DNA from: Octopus bimaculoides
Taxonomy: Eukaryota
Assembly: GCF_001194135.2 (NCBI RefSeq)
Contig: NC_068990.1
Coordinates: 35,039,533-35,103,532 of the forward strand
Direction: 5' to 3'
Length of the DNA: 64,000 nt
How positions within the stretch are numbered: position 1 is the stretch's first letter; each line of letters opens with the position of its first letter. Both the position numbers and the translations under genes were made by a program. This document shows positions 23,988 through 37,175 of this stretch, piece by piece. A model generated the notes under the pieces. It made no database searches. It had not been told where the DNA came from and saw nothing but the letters and a program-made list of their open reading frames with translations.

Positions 23988-26185
23988 NNNNNNNNNNNNN
24001 NNNNNNNNNNNNNNNNNNNNNNNNNNNNNNNNNNNNNNNNNNNNNNNNNNNNNNNNNNNNNNNNNNNNNNNNNNNNNNNNNNNNNNNNNNNNNNNNNNNN
24101 NNNNNNNNNNNNNNNNNNNNNNNNNNNNNNNNNNNNNNNNNNNNNNNNNNNNNNNNNNNNNNNNNNNNNNNNNNNNNNNNNNNNNNNNNNNNNNNNNNNN
24201 NNNNNNNNNNNNNNNNNNNNNNNNNNNNNNNNNNNNNNNNNNNNNNNNNNNNNNNNNNNNNNNNNNNNNNNNNNNNNNNNNNNNNNNNNNNNNNNNNNNN
24301 NNNNNNNNNNNNNNNNNNNNNNNNNNNNNNNNNNNNNNNNNNNNNNNNNNNNNNNNNNNNNNNNNNNNNNNNNNNNNNNNNNNNNNNNNNNNNNNNNNNN
24401 NNNNNNNNNNNNNNNNNNNNNNNNNNNNNNNNNNNNNNNNNNNNNNNNNNNNNNNNNNNNNNNNNNNNNNNNNNNNNNNNNNNNNNNNNNNNNNNNNNNN
24501 NNNNNNNNNNNNNNNNNNNNNNNNNNNNNNNNNNNNNNNNNNNNNNNNNNNNNNNNNNNNNNNNNNNNNNNNNNNNNNNNNNNNNNNNNNNNNNNNNNNN
24601 NNNNNNNNNNNNNNNNNNNNNNNNNNNNNNNNNNNNNNNNNNNNNNNNNNNNNNNNNNNNNNNNNNNNNNNNNNNNNNNNNNNNNNNNNNNNNNNNNNNN
24701 NNNNNNNNNNNNNNNNNNNNNNNNNNNNNNNNNNNNNNNNNNNNNNNNNNNNNNNNNNNNNNNNNNNNNNNNNNNNNNNNNNNNNNNATTTATATCTATG
24801 TTTGTACATATTATTTATGCATATTCATTTGACCGTTACAATTAATGATAAACGAGGAAGATCTCACTGTCATACAATTGCATAAATGAGGCGTTTCCGG
24901 CGAATCGTCTTATTTTTCCCTTGTATTTAATTCTTTATTGTTTTAATTTTTTCTTCCATTCTTTATTTATATATTCATTTATTTATTCATTTGTTTCTTT
25001 CTTCAATTATTTACTTCGTTTATTCATTGTTTATCTCAAACTTTTTTTCTTTCTCTTTATATAGGTTCAGTGTTTCAGTATTTATAGTTGTTTATTTGTA
25101 TCTCTGTATCTCTGACAACTTCGCTTTCCTGTTATAGTGTATTCGTTGTACCACCCTTGCAGATAATTTTATCTTGATGGTCAGACTTAGTCTAAACAGT
25201 TTGGTTCTCAAATTGCGCTGTTTTCTTTTTACGCCTCCTTTGCTTATTCAACACTATACACCAAATACTCAATGCTATTACTGTTGCTATTGCAGCTGCT
25301 GCTCTTGTACAACTTCTGGTTAGTTCTGTCTCACAAGAGCTATGACTAAAGTCAATCTAACCAAAAACATCCTTTGTATTCCAAGTTAGTTGTTATTGGA
25401 GGCAGTTATTCACTTCTGTGCTCTGATCTCGCTGATCTATGATAAAATATATTGTAGCCGTGACTATCCCGTCATATTTATTAGCTAATATATAAAGGCA
25501 AAATACAGCAAGAGGAAATTTGTGATGGCCAGCGTCGTCAACAATTTAATTTAATTTTCTTACAAAGTGGACCTAAAGTTACATTACGGAATGTAATTTA
25601 TTATGACAGAAGAGTAGCATTTGTTGTAAATGTGATTTACTCTTATTTCCTGCACATAGAACGGCCAAATGGAATACTCATCTGGTTCGGGACAACAGCG
25701 TCTCTTTTGTGATCACTCAATTTGATCAAGTTTCAGGAATAAAAATTTGATAAAAGATAAGAAATTCAATGAAACCTGCTCACCTTCATCTACGTCTCCA
25801 TCGACCCTAGACCGCCAATTCGTTGAAACAAGGGTGGAATACTCAAATATAATGCCAAGCTCAAATACTAACTTATAATACTATGGAACTGAAATGCTGC
25901 ATACTGGTAATTCTATATGTATATGTCAAGAGGGAACGCAGTGCCTATGTTACTGTTCAGGTACTCTAAGGCTGGTGTATAAAGAGGAAGATATTTTCAA
26001 TCCGAAGTAATGACCCAAATATTTCCGAGTTTGCGTTACGTTGGAATCTGTTAGACGCACACAACGTGCCACGTGGAGTTTTTAAACTGAGCCATGGTTT
26101 AAGTCTATCATTCAAGCAGGCAGATTTGAGATTTGAAATCTAATCCAAAATTTCTACAGTTTCGCTAGTCCTGCTTTGCAACTCA

Positions 26186-26260
26186 TTAATCGATCCCGAA
26201 AGGGTGGAAGACAAATTTGGCCTTGACGTTAATTGATCTCAGAGTGCGGATTAATTGCAA
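26186..26260 (-). mobile_element. SINE family B internal fragment
   Basis: ATCGATCCCGAAAGGGTGGAAGACAAATTTGGCCTTG is the reverse complement of the family-B core seen at 51052-51090. Confidence 0.55.
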
Positions 26261-26775
26261 CAAATTTTGCGAGATTTTTACCGTCCGACGCTCTAATAAT
26301 TCTAGTATATCACCTCGAAATATTATGAAAGCATCTATTCCATCACTCTTCGAAATATTGTTAGTGGTATTTACGAAACGGTTCAGCAAATAGGAAACTC
26401 TAGGTGGCAGACTGTGGAGCACCAAAGATTATGATTATAGACAACCTAACATATATCATTGACTTTGTTATTTGATCTGCTTTCGTTTCTTTAAATGTCA
26501 AAAGAAAAGCTGATTATCTCTGTCAACTAGGAAGCAAACTCAAACTCAGGTAATCGCAATTTATATACTTGATGCTTCTTTTCCATAATTCTTCAACTTT
26601 GACGTTACATATTTTTCATAGCTTACATAGCTTCATAATAAACTAAATGAATGTAGCAAAGTAAGTCAATGATATTTTGATTATGTGATGTGAGTGCCGT
26701 TGTTCAAAACTATAATCCCGTCATAAGAGAAAAGAAAGTATTTGCAATTTTATGTTAAAGGATATTGTTTTCAAC

Positions 26776-26860
26776 TACAGCAATCCCTCGCTTTACAGAG
26801 GTAATGCGTTCCTAAAAATTTGGCCGTAACGCAAAATTCCGTAAGGTGATATCAATTTTC
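26776..26860 (+). mobile_element. Possible pogo/Tigger-like left terminus (orphan TIR)
   Basis: TA|CAGCAATCCCTCGCTTTAC...GCGTTCCTAAAA...CGTAACGCAAAATTCCGTAA resembles Tigger-type ends (TA target then CAG..CCCTCG). No matching right TIR was found. Confidence 0.45.
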
Positions 26861-27299
26861 CAATTCACTATCAAATTATCAAATGAGATGGTTTTCTTAC
26901 GGACGTTTTAAAAAAAAAACAAAAAAAAACGAAGTACAAAGAAACAACAGAGAGCTAGCAACACGATCGCCTTTATACATGAAAATAACTATTTCTAAAC
27001 ACACGCGGTACAAAATAAATACATAAAAATTCAAAAGCATTTCAAGAGGAAAAAGTTAGGGAATTAATAAGATTTGTAATATAATAAAAATACACTCTTA
27101 TAACAAAGGAAGTTGACTATGGTGTGAGGGGTGGTGGTAGAATGAGCATTACTAGTAGGATGAGGGGCAATATTTGCACTCTTATAGTTCATTATAACGA
27201 ACATCGATTGAGGGAGATATTCTTCCTAAGCTAACCCTAACTTAGGCAATAGTTAAGTAAATGCCAGCTTCCGAAACAAGTCGCAAAACATGGGTGTTT

Positions 27300-27770
27300 C
27301 CAGCACAAGGAAACATCTGTCAGAATCATCAAGGGATAATTCACTACGGGTTCGGCTAAGACGCTTGATCCATCCTATACTCCGAACAACTGGAGCGAAT
27401 ATATGCTATTATGCGTCATAAATACTCGGCATTGCTCAACAGAAAGCAACTCTTCTGCAGCATGACAACATATGACATCATACCACTTGAACGACCCAGA
27501 ATAAACTCGAGGAACTTGAGAGAATGGTACTGATGCCAAATCAACTTATAATCTGGACATAGCTCTCGCGCATTATAACTTGTTCTGATCCATGGTTCAC
27601 GTCTTGCGCTCGTGATGCTTCATCGACCACGAGGAGGTAGAAGGTTCTATAAAGGTGTATCCGTGTGAGATCAAACAACTCACAGAAAGGTGATTTCAGA
27701 CAGTGCAACACGATGGCCTCTACTTTGAATGCTAGGCAGCTTTTATTGCAATAGACGAATAAAGCAAATA
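27300..27770 (+). mobile_element. Decayed mariner transposase, C-terminal half
   Basis: Remnants: NHQGIIHY, EQLERxYAIMRHKYSALLNRKQLLLQHDN, TQNKLEELE, YNLDIALAHYNLF*SM (YSPDLAPSDYHLFRSM-like), DHEEVE and ATRW. Confidence 0.8.
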
Positions 27771-30700
27771 ACAAAATATTGCCAAACGTTTCACTAGACA
27801 ATATTTGTGTGTGTTGATTTGCCTTTCATCATTTCGGACTCGATAAAAGTACCATTGAAGTACCACTTCTTAAATTGCTGGCCTTATGCCAAAATTTTTA
27901 ATGACTACGTGTATGTAAGCACGCAAACACACACGTGTGTGTGTATTTGCCAACACTATTCAATTTCTTTCATAATTTTATGTCATAGTTCTTCATTCCA
28001 AAGTTACACTCTATGTAGAGCATTACATATAGGGACGAAGCAAATATTTCTTTGTGATTCAATGTTTGTAGCTCTTACAGTTGCGTTGCGTACATTTATC
28101 TTCAAGAATGTACGGGGGATGGAATATAGTCTTATTTAGTCAGGTAATCGTATTACACATGAGGCAACTACAAGTCTATATCCCACTAGATGTTTCAGAG
28201 ATACTGTATATGTATAAGCATGAACACTGATAATTTTTAAAGTGTTAGATGAGGATATGCGATAAAAACATCAATGTCTTAGTGAAGTAAATATAAGCTC
28301 CAACGAGGAACCGAAACCCTCTTAAAGTATCTTAAGTTAAGATATTAGTTTACCGTTATCAACACTAAGCAAATAAGGTTTTCTGAAGAGTTAAATATCC
28401 TTATTCTTTATGGATGGACTGTGAATTATTTTCTCATTATCGTGACCAGCTTCGGCGGATTTAAATAGACACATCTAGACATTGAAAAAAGTATTGTGTT
28501 ATCTATATTATTGCGAAGCTTCCTGGTTCAACAATATTTCTCTTTGTTTTCAACTAAACGGCAAATTTCCGTATGTAGGTGGCAAATAAAATTGTTGGGT
28601 ATCCATTTCTATTTCATGAAAGCGAATGAACTTTCTGAAACGATGTGTCAGTAAGACTACCGACTGAAATAAAACGGCGCTATCGGACCACCAACAAACT
28701 CATTGTGCTTGTTTAACCTGAAGATAGTTATAATCATGATAATTTAATGCAAACGCGTTACAGTCATAGATATCCTGTACTGTCTTCAGTTATATGTCAT
28801 ATTTTATTCAATCTACCCTTAATTTATATATAGACGGTATTGTGTGATTTGGAGTTGATATGGCTGACCGCACAGAGCACGCCCTCGTAGCTGGTTTTCC
28901 ATTGTTGATATTAAAATGGTTACGTCACCAAGACATTCTGGTAGTAGCAGAATTATTCTTTGGATCCTCCTAAATGCTTACCTTATTTCTCTGGATAAAA
29001 CTTAGCTCTTAAATAGTGCTATCCAATGAGTTGCTAACAGGTAGGAGCAATGGAGTTTCGTTCACAGTGAAATTACTGTATATCTAAATAGAATTTACTT
29101 CACCTTATATTCGTGATTTAACGCTAATTCTATTTAAAGCTTTACCAACGTAACGGCCCAATCAGTCTTTATGCTCAAAAGAACTGATTTCGGGCCCACT
29201 GGACCCTGTCGGTTATAGAATTGACACAAATATGTTACGATATACGCGTAAATTACAGTAGTATACTAAAGATATTCTGTAAACATACAATAATGTCTCT
29301 GCGATATATATTAAAGCCCAGAAATAACTCTATGACACATCATTAATAAACTATAAAATCTCGTAGATATTTCTGTAACATACAATGATACCTCACTTGT
29401 ATCCAATTCAGATGTAATATTATATGGTCAATCTGTAAGTTACAGCGATATCTGAATGATGTGGCAAATATTAAACCAAAGTAAATCGATAATATTTTCT
29501 TGATACATCAATGAGACATCGTTATAATATTACGTCCATATAGTCATCTCACATAGTAATATATTTGTATGTCTCAATGATATATTTTGAGATTCAATAA
29601 TTTTTTTCTCAAATATATTTCCATAAGATACAAACATTTCAATCACATGTCATTAAGAAAAAAAATAATATCTCTGGGATATTACCTTAATACATAGTAA
29701 TAATCCGTGAGAGTGACTTAAGGTAATCGAACACATTCCAGTCTCAATCTCTGCTTATACGTTTGTATTTCTCTATAATTCTTATACTTACTTCACTCTA
29801 GATTACATATTTCTTAGGAGATTGCAACATGAAAATAAATAAACATAAGAAAAATATTGTTGGAATGTACTGAAACACCTCGACGGTTGTATAACTGTAT
29901 TTGTTTTTCTAACGATTTCTACCAAACCACAAACAAACGGCAGAAAACCAACAAACACGTAGAATATATAATAATACATTAGCAGTAACAATACTAAAAA
30001 TAAAGATAATAATAGTAATAGTAATAGTAATAATAATCACCGTGGTAGCAGTAATAGCAACAGAAATGGCAGCAATGAAATATATAACAAGAGAATAAAG
30101 GGAGAGTAAGAGAGAACGGGAGAGGTGGGACGGACGAGAGAGAAAGAGAAAGGGGGTGAGTGAGGGAGAGGCAGAGAACCAGAGAGAAAAATTAAAGAAT
30201 AGCAGTAAAACGATTGTGGTTCAAACAAATAAATTTGCCTCCAATCTATATTTATATATATATTTGCACTGATTTTAACTTATTCCCTATCGACAGTTTA
30301 TGCCCCGAAAATCAGAAATAATAATGTTCGCGACTTTATATCGATAGAGTGTATTCACTAATCACATGCTAACTTGCTATTCGATACAACAAAAGGCCAC
30401 TGAGTTCAAAATCATGTAGAGTTTTATTCCAAGATCAAGTATGTTTCTTGGAATATATTTTTCATTTCAAAAGCAATTACTTTCCATTTACGTATTTTAT
30501 CGATGCCATTTTACCGTTTTATCGACTCTTTTTCACCTCTGTTCTTCTCCTAAATCAGAGTACATTATCAAACAGAAATAGACTTTTGTAATAAATTTAG
30601 TTTCTCTGATGACAATCTGTTTACAATGATATTTTGTTTCTGTTTAGTTTGTTTGCGTCAAGAGGAGCAGAATAATAGTTACGCCCACTCACGCATACAT

Positions 30701-31748
30701 ATATGAAATCATATGCATACGTGCGTGCGTACGCGCATATGTGCAAGCATACATACTTATACATACATGCTTGCTTATACATACATGCATTATCTATACT
30801 ATACTTATATATTTGTTTACTTATATGTACATACAACCGTTTCTACCTAAAGCAAAAAAAAAAAAAGAACAAAATGAAGGAAAAGATAAAATTGTAAGTT
30901 TTAACACTGTTTTAATATTGTTAATATCCTTTCAAGAAAATCTACTAAATACCAAACGTCGAAGAGCTTCCCTGAGCAACTCTACATTAAAAAGGAGCAT
31001 TATGGAAGTTGGTATATACTCGAATTACTTGCATAAACAGCAATAATTGTTTCTCAAATGCGAAATTTGATTTTCATATCTGAAACAATTACCAATGCAA
31101 TGTATCAGACTCTGTCAAAGAAAACTGAGTAACATTAAAAATAATTTTCATATCAAAGAATGAGAAAATTTTTACAGTCATAATTGCGGGACTATAAACT
31201 GTTTACACAAATATCTATATTTTGCAATAATAAATAAAAATTCCTGAATGTTCTGGCGATAGTTGCTCATAAAAAACAACGACAACAGCAACATTCTTAT
31301 GGTTGATGTATAGCTATATGAGAGATAAGATAATTGGTTTGATTCGCCTCACGAGAATAGTTAAGAATTCAGTAAGAAATAAGAAATTAGATGGAAACTA
31401 GAAAGCTATGTTAAGCCTCAAGCGGTAAAAACACAGAAAGTTCTTTAAGATAATGTTACAGAGATTAAAGAGTTAGATGATGCCCCCAAAATACAAATAT
31501 ATGGAAATTTATGAACTAGAAATAACGTATCATACTAAAATGAAGGAATATATTAAAACAGAGTATTGTAGGTGCGTTAGATTAATTCTCAAAATAAAAT
31601 TAGATTTTAAAAAGAAAATTTTAAACTTCTTATAGTAGTTCAACCAGTAATAAGATAGCGCTTTCAAGCAAGAGAGTATTCAAGCGAACTGATAAGACGA
31701 TATAGAAAAAAATGTTATTCAGGATACACCATAGAAAAGTAGACGTAG

Positions 31749-31749
31749 A

Positions 31750-31825
<76 letters not shown>

Positions 31826-31848
31826 GTATGTATGTATGTATGTAAGTA

Positions 31849-31895
<47 letters not shown>

Positions 31896-31975
31896 ATGTA
31901 TGTACATATATATAGGCATACATATGCATGCACACATACATATGTGTGTGTGTGTGAGTGTGTGAGTGTGTGTAC
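31749..31975. repeat. (TA)n/(TATG)/(TG) microsatellite
   Basis: Directly visible. Confidence 0.95.
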
Positions 31976-33599
31976 TAAAGTAGTCACTTTAAAATGATTG
32001 GAGACACATATAAAATAAGTAGCTAATAAAAACTCTGTGCATTACTTGTAACAAATTAGACTATCGAATTAGTTGAGAAGAGAAAACAGTTATTATAATA
32101 AATATAAACTTACTAGTAGAATACTATTAGACGATGTGAGAGGGAAAGTTCAAATGATAAAGAGATAAAAGTTTTGTGCTTTCGAAATGAAAGGTAAAAA
32201 TTTTCTAAGTTGGTGTTGCTACTATACATAAATACATACATACATATATAAGTTTATATATATAATATATAAATATATACATATAAATGTATATATATAT
32301 ATAAGATATATATGCATATAAAATATATCAAAAATTATATTAAAACTATGTAAAGTGTGTGCATTTTCTTTTTTTAATTTCTTATATATATATATATTTG
32401 AGTGTGTGTGTGTGCATGTTTGTATGTGCGTGTATGTATATATATATATTCGGGAATACATTAAATTTACGTAAATGACCGTCACGAAGTCCCCCAACGA
32501 CAAAAATTAACTTCTTACGGAAAATACTTTTTCATATGCTCTCTCAATCGTAAGTAAAAGGCCTCTCATAATAATAATAATAATAAAAATTACATACCCC
32601 GAAGTGACTCTCTCTCCTTAAAGCAAACATTCAACCTCTCTTCTCTTACTTAGTAAACTCTTAGTCTTTCTCTTTCTCTTACTACAAAAGCACCTGCAGG
32701 AAGCAGGACCAGCAGTCGCCAGCCCTCAAGAGCACGTGTTTCGAAAGATTAAATGAAACCACTTACACACCAGAAAAATCGTCTTCCCCACAAAAGTTTA
32801 GTAAAATCCTCATAAAAGATTTCATAACATCATTAAAAAATTAATTTAAAAAATAATCACCTTTACACTTCAAAAACTGTATTAAGTAAGTCTTATAAAC
32901 TTTCAAATACATATATATAAGAACAAAATGGGGAATGGGGGTCTACAAGGTATTTCAGCTGTTTGGGTAAAAGTAGATTGATGTATTCAAAGATCAAATT
33001 AAACTATAAATCCACTTTCATCAGACACAATTTTAAACTGGTATATATAGGTAAGGTAAATTATTGATGCATGTTGAACTTGTTCTATATGTCTTCATCA
33101 AGGTTTCACTTTACCTGTCTATATCTGTTTAAGATTTTACCTGAACATGATGGATTTAGGCTATGATGTAATCTATAAATTCATCAATAACCTTCTGTCG
33201 AAAAGCCTGCAGTAAATTTTAAACTACATTTGTGACTATTTTTACGCCTACGCCGCTCTTAGAACCAGACTGAACTGGATCTATGGTTAAACTGGATTTA
33301 GTATTTATATATCTACTGTATCCTACCAACACATTATACCTGACTGTGAAACCTATGTTGATGTGCATAGATTCAAATGAATAATGTAGCTAATCTCTCT
33401 ATATATATATAACTTTCTGTACACACACACACACGCACACACACGCACACACACACACACACACACAATATATAGAAAATGGAGAGTGTGAACACAGAAA
33501 ATAATCAATTTATTTACATAATAGTCAACTTCATGTTTCCTACGCATGTTTCAATTCCTATTTCATTCATATTTTACAATTAAATTGCATTATGAATTT

Positions 33600-33850
33600 A
33601 ATAGGTAAAAACCTCTTTAGGATGGAGACACCTATAGAAAACAAATACAATTTCGTCAAATTCTTGGATGTTAATCTTATTCTAGGAACAGAGATATATA
33701 AACCCTACAATAATCCAAATAGCAGCATAAGCTACGTTAACGTAAATAGTGACCATCCTAGAAGCATTACACATAGATTAGGTGAAACTATATAAAAAAA
33801 AGATTTCAAATCACTACACAAACGGAGAAGATTTTAAGCAGAATGTGGAC
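33600..33850 (+). mobile_element. Penelope-like element, RT C-terminal/thumb fragment
   Basis: VKFLDVNLILGTEIYKPYNNPNSSISYVNVNSDHPRSI matches the PLE motif FLDVxxxLxxxxYKPYxKPNxxxxYVxxxSNHPxSI. Confidence 0.8.
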
Positions 33851-34089
33851 TATTGTGCCTGGCCGAGTTTCTCCTGGCCTTCGGAATGACCAAGATGTGT
33901 GGCGTGTCTTGGGTGGCCCTGAGTGGATCTCACGCCTATTGGGGACTTGACTTGTTAGACTTTTCTTGTTACTTGTCATTGTTATTTTATTGCTTAGTCG
34001 ATTTTTCTGTTGAATCCCAAGTGTCCTTTGTTTTGCATTGTCCCTATTTATTTTTGTGTTCGGCTCTTGTGACCAATATAAGAAGGTGG

Positions 34090-34090
<1 letters not shown>

Positions 34091-34142
<52 letters not shown>

Positions 34143-34197
34143 TTGCTGCTGCTGCTGCTGCTGCTGCCGCTACCATAATCATCATCATCATCCTTAC

Positions 34198-34255
<58 letters not shown>
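34091..34255. repeat. Compound trinucleotide microsatellite (TAC)/(TGC)/(CAT)/(TAT)
   Basis: Directly visible. Confidence 0.95.
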
Positions 34256-34831
34256 TCACTACCTACTATGGTTTCAGGTGGGGCAACCAGTATATTACTG
34301 CAATAATTTTAGTAAAGTAATTGATTATAATAAAATATTAAACTCAATATATATTAAATAATTTGTAAACCAGACTAGCAATTACAACTTGGGTGTATTG
34401 TTAAAATATTTGGAAAAAATGATTTATAAAGTTGTATGAACCTCAGTAGATGAATAATATGTTATGTACACACAGATTATAGAGAATGTATATTCTATAT
34501 ATCATCGGAAAATATTTCAACGTGTAAATGATGCTAATATTAATCGTCATTCATGCCTCGGTCTAACGTGTTGACATTTAGACAATAATACGTAGAAAAT
34601 TTTCCTAATATAAGCACAGCTTCTCAATAAATACAGACTGAAGAAAGCTTAATCAACACTACCAGAGTATATAACTGGTAGTTATATTACCAAAAATGGA
34701 AGGGTATTATGGCCTCAACGCGATTTGAACTTAGAAATAAAAACATATGAAAATAGTAAAAAAGAATGTGCTATGCAATTCCATGGTTTAGAGAATTCGC
34801 ATAACCCCAATGATAGAATGTTTGAAAAAAA

Positions 34832-34832
<1 letters not shown>

Positions 34833-34902
<70 letters not shown>
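34833..34902. repeat. (TAA)n microsatellite
   Basis: Directly visible. Confidence 0.95.
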
Positions 34903-34904
<2 letters not shown>

Positions 34905-35543
34905 TATCGTGTTCATTTATCGATTATGAAGAAAAAAGGACCTTAAAATATGAAAACTAAAAGATGCATTTGTCTTCTTCGATTAGATATAAATGATTTT
35001 TTATNNNNNNNNNNNNNNNNNNNNNNNNNNNNNNNNNNNNNNNNNNNNNNNNNNNNNNNNNNNNNNNNNNNNNNNNNNNNNNNNNNNNNNNNNNNNNNNN
35101 NNNNNNNNNNNNNNNNNNNNNNNNNNNNNNNNNNNNNNNNNNNNNNNNNNNNNNNNNNNNNNNNNNNNNNNNNNNNNNNNNNNNNNNNNNNNNNNNNNNN
35201 NNNNNNNNNNNNNNNNNNNNNNNNNNNNNNNNNNNNNNNNNNNNNNNNNNNNNNNNNNNNNNNNNNNNNNNNNNNNNNNNNNNNNNNNNNNNNNNNNNNN
35301 NNNNNNNNNNNNNNNNNNNNNNNNNNNNNNNNNNNNNNNNNNNNNNNNNNNNNNNNNNNNNNNNNNNNNNNNNNNNNNNNNNNNNNNNNNNNNNNNNNNN
35401 NNNNNNNNNNNNNNNNNNNNNNNNNNNNNNNNNNNNNNNNNNNNNNNNNNNNNNNNNNNNNNNNNNNNNNNNNNNNNNNNNNNNNNNNNNNNNATATATA
35501 TATATATATATATACATAATACACACGCAAATCAAATTTATGC

Positions 35544-35591
<48 letters not shown>

Positions 35592-35690
35592 ATGTATTTA
35601 CACGAGAGTGTTGAATTTCGAAGAAAGGAAAACAACGAAATGCGACATGTATGGTGTATAGCGTAGGCCTCATTGGAACAGTTTGTTTTT

Positions 35691-35727
35691 TAGCGACACG
35701 AGTTTCATGCCACTGCGATCTTCAAGC
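35691..35727 (-). ncRNA. Degenerate minimal hammerhead ribozyme motif at the PLE 3' end
   Basis: The minus strand reads GC-TTGAAGA-TCGCAGTGGCAT-GAAA-CTCGTG-TC-GC, starting about 10 nt after the PLE stop codon. Helices I and II are weak. Confidence 0.5.
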
Positions 35728-37175
35728 ATTAACAGTTTCAATTCACCCTTGCTAGTAAATATTCAGTGCTGTATGTATGGTCGCATGCTAGTATGTTTTC
35801 ATCGGTTTGCGCTTTGCGTTCAGTCTTTATTTTTCTGTCTCTTTCTCTCTTACTATTGTAAGGTGGTGTTTATATTTCTGTATTCGTTTATGAACCAGAG
35901 TATGTTCTAGATTTCTGTTTCTGTTGTAAATTTTGTTTTGGTGTGTATTTCTTTCCTCTGTGTTTCAGTGTGGCTCCTTATGCATATTTTGCTATACATT
36001 TGGCATATAGTGACTATATATTTACTTCGTTATTTACTCAAAGTATTGTGTAACCTATGTTTAATTTGTTTTCATAAGCTGCAGTTTGATTGTTTCCCTT
36101 CTCGTTTTATGTGAGGGATCGTGGTCCACGTGCGTGTCATATTCGGAGTACGGACAGTGTTTCGAAGAATAATTTCTATTGGTATCTGCAGTGTGAGATA
36201 TTATCATTCTTGTTATTTCTAGTTGTGTATTCTGTGTGATTATGGTTTCTTTATCTGATATATATTAAAGAGAGATTTCAGAACAGTTTATGCAGGATGA
36301 TGTGCATTCTCGTATTTCCCATTATATGTTTTCAGATATGTTGCTCCCTTTTATCCCGCACCCAATGTCTTCTGACAGAAATGATGCATTTGCAGTATAT
36401 TCCTGTGTGTGAATATATTTGTTTTTGTGTACTGTGTGTTTCTGAACTTTTCACTAATAGTGCCCATATAAATGCTTTTTAAAGCCTGCTGAACATCTGC
36501 TTCGTAGATTTTATTTATTAATGTAAAATTTGCATGTGATGGGTATATTTATTCTGCTACGGTTGTATATATTTGTGTCTATGCGTTTTCGATACTTGGA
36601 ATGTTGTTTTATGATTGGAAGGTATGGTTTTTAACTTTGGTGCAGCTGTAGCTACGTTTTACGCTGTTCCTATTAAATACTTTATAAGTATGTGTATTAT
36701 GCTTGAAAGTGCAAGCTAAAAAAATTTACGGAAGTGTATTCTACACTTGTTACATTTATGGTAATGTGTGGGTTGAACCAGATGATTTTTCTTTTGTTTG
36801 TTTGAGGAATCTTAAGAATGTACAGCAGTTTACTCTCTGAGCACATTTCCCTGTAGTACTTCATTGGTGCTACATGGTTGAATATGCCTTTGTCAGATAA
36901 TATTATGTATCGTTGACTGGTCTTTGATCATCAACGGCAACTGGTTTAGTTTAGGTTTCTATATGAGGATAATTCTTTTGGTTTTCCATAGAATAGTGCT
37001 TTCTATTGTTCGGATTTAATACCCCTAGGTAGTTTATTAAATATAGACCTTTCCTGAATTTGTCAAGTTCATGTCCATACATATTTTAGGTGATATTTAG
37101 GTTATCGTCACGCTAGAGACCTATGTCGTATTTTAGAGAAATCTTCCTTATTCGTTCCAGGCTGTATTATCGTAC
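35691..37175 (-). mobile_element. Decayed Penelope-like element (RT to GIY-YIG to 3' terminus), possibly two tandem 3' ends
   Basis: Minus-strand remnants in order: YDIGL*RDDNL (YRDD catalytic motif, ~37100-37125), GHELDKFRKGL, LSDKGIFNHVAP, KRKIIWFNP (~36770-36795), IIKQH, KHLYGH (YIG-like), CINC, and finally ILACDH...EYLLARVN* (CRH..LL-type PLE end, stop at 35738-35740). Confidence 0.82.

Noticed and set aside
27541-27801. 86-aa minus ORF with a signal-peptide-like start
   Set aside because: It is the antisense of the plus-strand mariner C-terminus.
29156-29195. About 40-nt hairpin (GCCCAATCAGTCTTT / AAAGAACTGATTTCGGGC)
   Set aside because: Too short for a pre-miRNA, and isolated hairpins of this size are expected by chance.
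29803-29991. 62-aa minus ORF with a hydrophobic N-terminus
   Set aside because: It starts within an SSR-like tract, has no splice donor or recognisable domain, and AT-rich DNA readily gives hydrophobic frames.
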